Assembly: GCA_028023455.1 (NCBI GenBank)
Contig: JAQFVV010000001.1
Coordinates: 17,484,001 to 17,548,000 of the forward strand
From: Epiperipatus broadwayi
Lineage: Eukaryota; Animalia; Onychophora
DNA length: 64,000 nucleotides
Direction: 5' to 3'
Shown here: positions 63,901 to 64,000 of the stretch, in pieces
Layout of the letters: every line of letters starts with the position of its first letter
Numbering within the stretch: position 1 is the stretch's first letter
The notes under the pieces: model-generated
The model's database searches: none
Told to the model about the DNA's origin: nothing
What the model saw: the letters and a program-made list of their open reading frames with translations, nothing else
Made by a program: the position numbers and the translations under genes

Positions 63901-64000
63901 TTTCTCTTAAGATTTGAATATCTAACAGTTACTTTTAAATTCTGTTTAATTATTTGCTTTTCTTGAGACTAAAATACTTTCAGATGATATTTAATCTGGA

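Overview
Very AT-rich, CpG-poor eukaryotic DNA, probably from an invertebrate animal (inferred from the element types). I recognise no intact host gene; the window is mostly nested mobile elements. (1) 1-14913: a degraded Ty3/Gypsy element whose two LTRs were each interrupted at the same internal (TA)n tract, one by a solo LTR and the other by a younger non-autonomous LTR element with a tRNA-Pro PBS. (2) 17.6-21.0 kb: a 2.3-kb near-perfect palindrome of a 5'-truncated Penelope-like element (RT C-terminus plus GIY-YIG), with a variant hammerhead ribozyme in each arm. Next to it is an inverted-plus-tandem array of a ~400-bp non-coding unit carrying three type I hammerheads (retrozyme-like). (3) A third hammerhead family beside a tRNA-like Pol III promoter at ~39 kb. 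(4) tRNA-derived SINEs, fold-back (MITE-like) hairpins and LINE, Gypsy and PLE relics. (5) A YLPM1 gene fragment between ~2-kb direct repeats at 47-53 kb. The most interesting signal is the set of hammerhead-bearing retroelements in three unrelated sequence contexts, all at or near (TA)n tracts. Structures were folded and aligned by eye; identities are estimates.
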